Assembly: GCA_000708835.1 (NCBI GenBank)
Contig: DF237017.1
Span: 1-33,709 of the forward strand
DNA length: 33,709 nt
Direction: 5' to 3'
Source of the DNA: Klebsormidium nitens
Lineage: Eukaryota > Plantae > Klebsormidiophyceae
Shown here: in pieces, positions 19,345 through 29,501 of the stretch
Layout: every line of letters starts with the position of its first letter
Position numbering within the stretch: the first letter of the stretch is position 1
Notes under the pieces: generated by a model
Database searches by the model: none
Told to the model about the DNA's origin: nothing
The model's input: the letters and a program-made list of their open reading frames with translations, nothing else
Program-made: the position numbers and the translations under genes

Positions 19345-20224
19345 CTCTTCGTATGTAATCTACCTAGAATCAGTGAGAGCACCGAACTAATGGTGGGGCA
19401 CCCTTCAAATGCAACATCAGGAGCTGAAGTTGCAAGGTGGCCAGAATGCAGGACACATTCTTATGACACGAATGAGCACCAGAAAGCACGTCAATGCTTC
19501 ACTTTTCTGGGCAGGCTCAGAGTAAGGAAGGGACAACGCTTTGAGAGGTTGGTTTGAAGAAGAGGCGCTTCTTGGAATCCTGTAAATGTTACTGTTCTGC
19601 AATTTAAGCAGGACGGTGGTGTCTTGCTTCATCTTGCTTTGCGCTTTCGGAAACATTCAATTTCGAAACAGGGGCCATTATAGGATCTCCTCATCCTTGC
19701 CAGCTGTCTTTCATTGCCTGCCGTTGCTCACGTCACTTGGCGCCATAAATTGCAAAAGGTACAGGTGGCGGCCTGTCAAAGCCGGCAATAGGAATTGCTC
19801 ACGTCAGAAGATCGAACACAATCGGACACGTGATCGAGAATCCAATCACATTGCAGCGACGGTTGCCACGGAGGCCGTCACATTGCATATTCAATATCAT
19901 ATTGTCTTCTCAGTCTTGTTGTTGCTCTTGTGCAGCACCTCTTGCGTCTCAGTCCTACCAAGTGAAGGCTTCATCTCGTAAGTAGGTAGTCCTGGGGACG
20001 AGGTTCGCTCGACTGATTCCATCCCTCAAAAGACCAACTTCAAACCGGAAGAGGAAGAAAGCTAGACGCATTCTCCCTATTTCTTGAGGTTGACAGGGAC
20101 TGGGCAAAGTCCCTTGCACTGGCCCTTTGCCTGAGCTCCCTCCTTCAATTTAGGCTTCAGGCCAGTTCCAAAATTGCGCTCAAAGCCCTGCCTGGATTGT
20201 TGCCTCAATTGTTGCTTAAAGACC
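19345..20224. promoter_or_regulatory. Divergent (putatively bidirectional) promoter/5'UTR region between AKR and the lipase
   Basis: Head-to-head start codons 880 bp apart. Contains ACGT-core/G-box-like (cacgtg ~19827, cacgtc) and CCAAT motifs. Confidence 0.5.
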
Positions 20225-23200
20225 ATGGCAGCCGTGCAACAATGTTTGGTGAACGGAGCGCCGAGGTCACATCCAGGCTTTCCTAGTGGCAGCAATCAAG
20301 TTGCTTCTTTCACATTCATTCAAACGGGTGCTAGAGGTCCAGTATCTGCTCGTTGCTTGCTGCCGGCGCACTCATCAGCTTCAAAACCAATCTGCACTTC
20401 TCATAAGGATTCTCCCAGATCTGCCTTTTCCCTTGGTAGCTCCCTTTGTGGAGCTAAGCTTCGTCCAGCAGAAAGGGACATATTCTTCAGCTGCAGACAG
20501 TCGGCCCAGTCTTTCTTCATCGGGCATCGATCTGGATCGCCAGTAAGGGTTAAGGCAGCAGCTCAGGCGCAGAGTATTCAGCAGGCGGAAGAGACAAAGG
20601 ACAATCAGTTCCCTTTCCACCTGGACACGGCAGTCTTGCTGGCAGGGTTTGCGTTTGAGGCGTACAACGATGCGGAGGTGAGAGGAATGGAGGAGTCCTC
20701 TGTAATGCAGCAACCTGAGCTGACTCCAGATGACAACTATCAAGAAATGTGATCGTGTTCAAATCATATTGCCAAAGTTTTGTGCCTTGCAGATCAAGTG
20801 AGGCATCAAGTAGAATATCAAGAGGAGCTGGGACGACAGTACACAGCAGCATTTACCCTCTTTTTTGCAAGCTTCAGTTGGCTCTTACTGCGTGCAGCTT
20901 CTGACTGGTCATAGGCAGATTTTGAAACCTTTCTCTTATTGTGGGGCAGTTAAAGCAGTACTCAACACGTCTGGAAGAATAAACACAGTTAATGCTGAGC
21001 ATACTGGAAGGTGGCATAATGTGTCGTGGCGATCCTTTGATTGTCCGGTCAGAGCGGGCAGAGTCTGCCGATTGGAGACCAGTTCTTGTCTGCAAGTGCC
21101 CCAAGCTGCTCTTCCTCCGGTTGGGGGCAGCCTTCCTTTCAAGTAAATCAGATTCTCAGAGGCTGAGGAGAGTACCTAGGACTGTCCTTAGTCTAGTGTC
21201 CTCCTGTCGATCCTCGACATGTACCCTTTCTTTCGTTCTTCTGAGCTTCTTGGACTAGTATCTTGTGCATATCATTGCTGATTAAGGGGCGGTAAACTCG
21301 CTATTTCGGAAGCACCAAGCTTGCTGCTGAAAAACAATAAACTCGGATCTCTTGCAGGAGGGTATCCAGGAGCTCAGCTCCTGTGGGACAGAGAGCATCT
21401 TCCTGAACGAGTAAGTGGACTTCCCAGTAATGAACCTTCCTGCTCTGACATCAGCAAAGCAGATTCTCCATATTTAGGAACTTGTTCAGGCTGGCTGCTT
21501 CCATGTTATACTGCGCAGAACTCGCTGCTATTTCCTCTGCCTATTGCCTTATCAAAAAGCAGAGGCTGTCTATTTGCGTTAATCACCATGAAGCCAATCA
21601 ATCATCGGAGGCCTGTACAGGTTTAGTTGGCGGCACTGCGAGGGGCCTATGACGCGCAGATGTTTCTTCGTCTGAGGAACTGGACTTGTCCATCGATGCG
21701 AAATGTTGAGCTTTGGTTCTTGTTACAAGACTTTCTTAACTCGAAAGATGCAATTCTCTGCAAGTACACTGGAAGAATCTCCAGCGACCTGCCAAAATTT
21801 CAGAATGTTCGTGAGACTCTTAGCTGCCTCGCCCGCTTGTACTCAATATGCAGACTTCTCTTACGGAACCGCATGATCGATCTGCGCCACTAACGCGCGG
21901 TTGATTGCTTTAAGCAGGGACTTCGTCAAAGAGCTGTACCAGGGTCAGCTGAAGGTGAAGCTTGAGTCGGCTTCTGACCTTCCCGGGAAGAGCCTGACAG
22001 GAACAAGCGATCCGTACGTCGTTCTCACGGTTGGGGACAGCATGGTCCGGAGCGAGACAATGTGGAGGTGAGGAGCTAATCGTTTCCAACTCTATGAATC
22101 CTGGGAACCGGAAGGCTTTGAGATTAGACGCTGAGATGTGATTATCTAGCTGTGACGACGTTGAATCACAACTCCCTTTTAGGAAGTGCACTTTCTGGTC
22201 GAGACCAAGATCAAGAGAACGCTGCTTTGTTCGATCGTCTCAATCTGCTTCGCAGAAGTCCTGTATGAAACCGGTGTCTCGTTGGTCCTTCAGCGACGTT
22301 GGCCGGAGGGTGAGTTGGGATCGTTTCGATGCTTTTTGACGCTCTCACGCGCAACCTTTGTAAAGCTTTAGGAGTTTAAGCGGGCCAAAAGCCAAGACCG
22401 ATTTCCGGGCTTGCTTCACTGGAGACAGCTTCACTTGCCGCCTTCGCCAAGCAATGACAAAGACCCAAGGTTCGTCCTCTTTTGCGGCACCGAATGGCTC
22501 AGACGTACGAAAGCGACATGATGTGATACGACGTACAAAGAGGATTGTTACCAGGCTCTCTGTTGAACTGAATGTGCATCATCGTATTTATCGCCATTTG
22601 TTCTTCTTCAGGGACCTGGCTCCCACGTGGAATGCTGATTTCAGCATCTTCGTCAGTGACGCATCCCGGCAGTTGTTAAGCGTCCAAGTCTTCGACGAGA
22701 ACGTGGTCGGTTCGGACGTTCTCCTTGCGAGCGGATCCGTTCCGCTGGACGGGTTAACGGACGGTTCCGAGCAAACCCTGGAGGTTGACCTGCACACGGA
22801 CCTGGACGACACGAAGAGTGCGGAAGGCGATTCGGATGCGGCTGGTCCGAAAGTCCTGTTAAAGGTTCGGTTTGAAAAGATAAACGAGGACACGGTTCTG
22901 AACCGGACGTTGAAAGCCAAGAAAGAGGAAGAAGAAGAGAAAGTGGGGGCTAAAGAATTGGTCGAGAAAGTGTCTGGTGCGTTGAGGTTGGGGAAAGAGG
23001 GCGAAGGAGAAAAGGCGAAGCTCGGGTTCTCGACCGATCTATGGGGGTCTCATAGCGAACGGGAGTTGACAGAAGGGGAGGACGTAGAGGATTTGAACGA
23101 TTCCGAGTCGGACGACGACGATGCTGACGTGGAGGTGACGTCAGCAGGCAAGAAAACGTCGCCGAACGCTGCTCAAAATGGCCTGAAAGGCCAGCGGACA

Positions 23201-26200
23201 GGTTCCGACGAAAAGCGGACGGGTTCGGACGGAAAGCGGGCGGGGGGAGGATTCAAAGCGAGCGTCCGAACGGCGGAAAAGCGTACGGGAAAGAAGAAGC
23301 CGGACGGCTTTTCGACGGACCTTTGGGGGACGCACAGCGAGCGGGAGCTGTCAGAAGAGGAGACGGTCGAGGATCTCAACGACTCCGAGGACAATGACGA
23401 CGACGATGACGTCAGCGATGACGAGGGCGCCCCGTCAGCGAGCGTACGGCGCAAGGAGAAGAGAGCGAAGGTCGTGGAGAGCGCCCGGGAGAGCCTGCTA
23501 GAGAGCCTGAGCCAGGCGGCCAAGGCTGGGGGAAGTCTAAAGGTTCCGGCGGGGCGGGGGAACGGCCCCAGGCTGGGGCTCGGGAAGGCGTTGCTGGCGT
23601 TCGCCACGTGTCCCTGTCCGTGCTGTGTTGCCGAGTTGCTTTCGGACGGTCCGAACACGGTCCGCGCGGTTCCGGAAACGACAGTTAGTGAAAAGGGGAC
23701 AAGTCCGCAAAACGGGCCGGAAAACGCGGCGGAAGTTTTGGCCTTGAAGCACCTGCTAGAGGTGCCGTGGCGGGAGCGGAGCGGTGCCCTTTGGAACTCG
23801 CCAAAAGCGCAGAAGGAGGTGATCGTGGAGAAGAAACTAGAGCGGGAGCAGAATGAGATGGCGCGCGTGTTTGCGGACGCGGAGAGCGCGGTCGAGGCGT
23901 GGGCGGTCCTGGCATCTTCGCTGGGAAAGCCGGGTTACGTGAAGTCCGAGTTTGAGAAGATGGTTTTCGTTGACCACCAGGGGAGCGACACCCAGGTAAT
24001 TCGGATCCCGGTTTTGAGTACTCGTGACTTACAGTCTTTAGGAGTATGGTATTTGGCTGCTTTCAAAACTTGTCTAAGTGCATCTCGTTGGAGAGGTAAG
24101 AATGTGTGAAAGCTGCAACTGAGCGCCAGATACAGAATAGAACTTCTATCTACAACCATCCGTCCTTAGGTGCATTTGCACTTCCCAGAACGATTCTGCC
24201 GACTCAAATTTCTCTCCGGAAAGTTCTTCGAGCCTGCTGTGTTCAACAGCGAAGTTGGATCTAACGCATGGTTCGACAATATGCAGCGGTGATTTTGTGG
24301 TTGGTCAATAGATGATAGGATTCACTGCTTCAAAGCGAGAGGTTTTTTCAAAAAGGCGAATCTCAGCTGCTTTACCTGGTTTTGTTTCTATCAGGCAGCG
24401 GTCTGGAGGGATCCCCGGCGGAAGAGAATTGTTGTGGCGTTCCGCGGGACGGAGCAGACGGAGTGGAAGGACCTCGTTACTGACGTCAACCTGACACCAG
24501 CAAAGTGAGGGTCCTGTTGTTGGTACTTTGCCATGAAAAGCCTTCAAATGCTTGGTAAACGAAGCTCAGGAGGGTGCGGAATCTGATTGCAAACCGTGGA
24601 GGACGAAGAGTAATTGGTTGGGGCTTGGAATGGCAAACAGTGTACGACGCGTGCTCGTAAGTCGCACGTAGTTGTCAGACGAACGGTCAGAGCCCACGAA
24701 CTGATCCACATACCTCAAAATATCTTTTCTAAGCAGGAGCCCCACACTCGCAAGATTCTTCCTGATATTGAAGGCCTGACGTTTCGTAAGTAGAAAGTCT
24801 GCGCGTCCGTTCTCTCAGGACCAAGATCGACGGCGAGGAGGTGTGCGTCATCCCCGAAACGAAGTATTTGATGTATAAAAGTTACCCTTTCGAAGTCCAA
24901 ACTTTGCACGTCTACTTCGTCAGGTTCGAGGTCGACGGCGAGGAGGTGCGCGGCGACGGCGAAGAGGGCGACATCATCCTGCACGGCGGTTTCAAGAATG
25001 CGTACGACTCTGTCCGGAGCCGTCTCCGGACGATCGTCCGAGCGCTCAGCGAGGAGCCGGGGCTTCCACCGCCGGGAAGGCTTGACACCAGCACGGCCGG
25101 CGCTGGCACTGGAGCAGGCGCCAGGAGCGGCGGTGTCAAGAAAAGCACTGGAGTGGGAGTGCAGAGGGGAAATGACACGTGGAGTCTTTTGGTTACTGGG
25201 CATAGTTTGGGGGGCGCTCTCGCGACCCTGTTTGCGGCGGAGATGGCGATGGCGGCGGAAGCGGAGGGGGCCCGGATCGGGCACGTGACCATGTACAATT
25301 TCGGTGAGGGGCCAGAAAAGTTTCCAACTAACGACCCGCTATGTTACCTAGGCTGCAACTCAATGAAGAGGTCTTACTTTTCCTTCAGCACCTTCATTCA
25401 GCTGTCTTACTCATTTCTACATATGTTACCGAGTAATGGTCTGAGTACAGAACCTTGCGAGTTCCTGATCCTTTCTCTACATCATTCCTTGATTCACTCC
25501 GACTTTCCAATCCTTTGATTTGGTCTCGGGTTATGGCGTTTTGCTCAGCAACAGAATGTTGCAGTCGACGGCAGGCCAGGTTTTGACCTGTGCCAGAATT
25601 GCGCGCCTCGCATTGCCACCTGTGCCAGAATTGCGCGCCTCACATTGCCTCCGTCGTTCGCTCCTCTGATGAGTTGCGGAAAATCGGCCTCTTTTCATTG
25701 GTCAAGTCAAAAGCGGTGCGCTTCACTCTTGTAGTACGCCGATTGCTCTTCAAATAAGTTGCTCTCTTTCCAGGTCTTCAAAATGAGCTTAATGTGTAAC
25801 TCTGAACCTTCTAAATTTTAGACAATCTGAAATGCAATCTTACAACCCTGGATTCCCGGTCAGAGGTCGTAAGAGATGCCTACACTTTTCTGACACACTC
25901 TTCACGGTTTTGTTTTGCAGGGTCGCCGCGAGTAGGGAATCACGCCTTTGCCGACTTTTACAACAGGTACGCGGCGCTCTTGTCATCTCCCAGACGATCG
26001 TTGCCTCCAGTGTAAAGCAAAAGAGCTTGAAAGGCAAGACAGAAATGGTTGCGAGGGGTGCAAAGGCGAAAACTGAAAACACCGTCTCTCCGGGTTGTTC
26101 CGTTTGGGCCGCAGTTGATGGTCACGAAGGTCCGATCAATTGAGAACCGGCCAAGCCGGCCAAATCTTGCAGCTTGCGAATTGATGCGGTCTCGATTGTT

Positions 26201-28374
26201 GCAATCTGCCACAGTCGCTGCCTTTGCCCTGTTCTCGATAATGCATCTCTGCTCGAATCTGTGTGCGGTACATCCTTCTTTCCTCCACTTCGTCCATTCG
26301 GATGTCCGCTCAGAAAGTCCGCGCAAAACGTCTTGGTCCAAATAAAATCACATTTAAGCCAATCATTCTCGTAAATGCTGGCGCCAGAACCAGACGTTGG
26401 TACACCCGTCACCCTCTTATTCCGCAAGCAATCCCGGCTGCAGACGAGTGCCGGACACGTGGCGCCTCGTCAACCGCAACGACGTCATCCCGACGGTCCC
26501 GCGGATGCTGGGCTACTGCCACGTGGGCAACGCTCTGATCCTGGGCGACAAGCCGGGGGCGCCGGTGAGAAACCCGTTTGGGTTTGGATTTGGGTTGGAC
26601 TCGGCGCTAACCTGGTCACTCAACCAGCTTTTAGGTCGTTTTGTGGATTGGCTTGGACATGGTTTTGGTGCACAGTGTGTAAAGCATCGCCTTTGTCCGC
26701 ATATCAGATTCGGACGAGCTATCTTCGGGCAATGATGCTGTATTTTGAAGCTGTTAACCACTCAAGTCAAGTCACGTAAGGCTTTTCGTCTCGTTTCACC
26801 CCTTCCAGACGTGCACTTGACACCTCGGGCGTTGCCCTCGCGAGTCTTTCCTCTCGCAGAAACTCGCTAGTGTAACTTAGGCGTTGGGAAGCCAAACGTC
26901 GTGGCACTCTTCTGTACCCTAGAACCCTGATTGTTGACATCCTTCATTTCTTACCACCCTTACAACCTGAAACCATTCTTACTCCTAGTCCACAGAAAAT
27001 GAAATTTCCGATTCAGATCTTTCTATCCTCAACCCGGTAAAAATAGGCTTAGGACGTCCACGTCCTTTCAAGGTTTCACGGTGCTTTGACCATCACCAAA
27101 CCGACGTCCAAACTGTGGGCGTCAAAAATACGACGTCGGTCAGCACTTGCGGGTGACGATCTTCGGATCCCGACTCTCAATTTAAGCTGAACCTCAGGAG
27201 TTCTTTCCGTAGGTTGGGGCCGAGGAGCACAGCTCGGACGATCCTTGGCCATCTTGCACTCTAGAAAGCTAAATGTTGACAATCTTGACTTCAAACGACC
27301 TTTACATCCTGAAACTATTGTTTCTTATAACCAGAGATTCTCACCCCTCTGATGCAGATCTTTCAAGGGTTAAGCTAACCTTAGATCGTCTTTCCGTAGG
27401 TTGAGGCCGAGGAACACAGCACGGACGATCCGGACGTCGCGGAAGCGGACGCCCAGGAAGACATACTGGGAGAGGTGTCCGCAAAGGACTTCCTGCCTAA
27501 ACTGGTGAGACCGAGAAACATGCACTCATCTTGCTAGTCTGCTCGAACGAGTTTGGCGGCTGATTGGTCTCAGCCTTTCTTTTCGTAAGGTCGGTTGACT
27601 TTGTCCAAGGCTGGTTTAGGTATTGCGGACTTTGCATCCAATACTGCTGAGCAGCTTCTAAGCCTTTGAATCCTTGTCTTACTGCCGCGGTCTTAGGAGG
27701 TACACAGAATCTCAGAACTAGGTCTTGCATGATGCATCGTCTACCACCGCGGCAACACATGGGACCAGGTCAAAGGAGCTTCTTATCCACGTTTGCTTTT
27801 CTCAGTGTCGCAAAATTCTCCTTCATATTCACAATTGTTTCCTTTTTTGAGTTTCCAGTTGGCTTCTGTTCAAAACACGCTTGTTTCCTTCTTATGCACA
27901 GTTGAAAGGCGAGAAGACCCTTCTGAAGAAGGTCGTCGAGAAAGAGCTCGCGATCCTGGACGCGTTCACGGACGGCAGCGCGCTGCTCCAACACATGGAG
28001 GACTTCTATTACAAGGCGCTGCTGCAGGTGGGCATTTCCTCCAACTTTCCTTCCCTCTGTTGAAGACTTTCCTATGCTTCCGTCACGGATTTGGGGGTGG
28101 ATAACGAGGAGCGACTGTTCAAGTCTTCGTACCGCTCTCTAATTCTCCGCTATTTACCTTATCAGCCTCAGCTTTCATCCCCTCTTCCTTTATCTAGTTC
28201 CTAAAGGTTTTATACCTCCTCAAATATTATTCTGCGCTCGAACAAGTCCCTCCTCCCTTCTCTTCTTCCGATCTCGCTCTTCCGATTGTAAATGACTTTG
28301 CGCATCTTCGCACGCAGATGGTGGAACTTCACATTGGCAGGGGCGTTGATACTCCGCAAGTCGCCCAGGCTTGA
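20225..28374 (+). CDS. C2-domain class-3 lipase, likely plastid-targeted, HIL1/At4g13550-like; ~994 aa, 11 exons
   Basis: Exons 20225-20677, 21358-21410, 21918-22067, 22612-23995, 24395-24504, 24924-25303, 25921-25966, 26444-26564, 27400-27504, 27902-28027, 28318-28374 join in frame. Ser/Ala/Arg-rich transit-peptide-like N-terminus; AVLLAGFAFEAYN; C2 domain GTSDPYVVL...PTWNADF...VQVFDENVVGSD; lipase motifs VVAFRGTE, HGGF, TGHSLGGALA, YNFGSPRVGN, NDVIPTVP, and C-terminal DGSALLQHMEDFYY. Confidence 0.9.
23023..23425 (+). repeat. Coding internal duplication in lipase exon 4
   Basis: GFSTDLWGSHSERELTEGEDVEDLNDSESDDDD and GFSTDLWGTHSERELSEEETVEDLNDSEDNDDDD, with RTGSD(E/G)K 21-bp repeats between them. 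Confidence 0.85.
24805..24848 (+). repeat. Echo of the lipase exon 6 acceptor
   Basis: tcaggaccaagatcgacggcgaggaggtgtgcg compared with the true tcaggttcgaggtcgacggcgaggaggtgcgcg (24920-24952). Confidence 0.8.
25586..25650 (+). repeat. 32-bp tandem duplication (lipase intron 6)
   Basis: acctgtgccagaattgcgcgcctc(g/a)cattgcc occurs twice. Confidence 0.85.
27182..27245 (+). repeat. Echo of the lipase exon 9 acceptor
   Basis: ttaagctgaacct...tctttccgtaggttggggccgaggagcacagctcggacgatcc compared with the true 27370-27431. Confidence 0.85.
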
Positions 28375-28732
28375 TTGATTATCTCTTGGGCGGATTCAGT
28401 CGACCTTGTCACTTGACTCCCGCAGATTACAGGCCCTCTTTTCACTGTCGGTTGCATGGCTGATATGTAGTGTGTGTGTGTTGTCAGCACTTTGTACGGC
28501 GGTTTTGCGCGTTGAGGGTTATAGAGTAGGAGTTGTTGCGAACATCAACCGGGACGGTCAAAATATTGAAGACATTGTAGGCTATAGAATTAGAAAGACC
28601 TCGTTGCTTTGCGGATTGACGCTGACGATACCTAGACGACGCGTTTGGTCAAAAGAACAATTAGCTTAGGCCTTTTATGATGCTATGATGCAATCTATAA
28701 ACTGCGACTTGTATGCTAGACTTTCGTAAACG

Positions 28733-28760
28733 TTGTGTTCATTGTGTTCATTGTGTTCAT
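28733..28760 (+). repeat. 9-bp microsatellite-like repeat (ttgtgttca)x3
   Basis: Direct reading of the sequence. Confidence 0.8.
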
Positions 28761-29501
28761 CAAGCCTAAGTTGCACATGAGTTAACTTGTTGTACGGTCA
28801 GTGACTGCATGTTAGCAGGCAGCTCTTTGCACTGCAGCGGACGATTAGATTCAGTATGCGGCTAGAGCTACCGCGTCATATGTCATGCCAGCATGGGCGC
28901 GGCGCCATCCATGCATGCTGGCACATGACGTGCACGTACCGGCTCAACATGCTGGCCGCTTGGCTGGTCCATCCGACATAGTCCTAACAGTTGACGCGGC
29001 GCCCTGCTTCAATCGAGTCGGATCGACTGGCCGCGGCTTACTCCGGTCTAGCTCGATCATGACTCCCGAGTTAACGTAGGAGTGCGTCAAGTGCACTGGG
29101 CGGCGCACGCGATAATGTGCAGTCCAACGCAGTGCACCTGATTCGTTCATTGCTTTGCTCGAGCCTTTCGTGCAATCATTCGATCTCAGCGATACGCTCA
29201 CCTATATAGGCTACCTGTACTATACATCCAGTGATTGTAACGACCGATGGGATTATGAGCGCGGCTTGGTCCGATCATCGATATGACAGTCACTCAGTCA
29301 AATTCAGGGTTGCGCTGGCACACGCTTCGCCCGACCCTTTGAAATGGATGCATACAATGTCGTAGACTACACGTACGTGCAACCCTTTCCTGGAATCGGA
29401 CTTCAAGCAACCCCAGTTTGCATCCAAAGTGCGCGTGCAAACCCCCAGATCAACTTCTGAGCGGTATAAACTGCAAAAATATTCTACTTCAAAGGAGTTT
29501 G

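Noticed and set aside
23173-23658. Antisense ORFs over lipase exon 4 (similar cases over PPO exons)
   Set aside because: Shadow ORFs of GC-rich coding sequence, with no recognisable motifs.
22454-24109. 551-aa ORF as a stand-alone gene
   Set aside because: It is lipase exon 4 (22612-23995) plus intron read-through.
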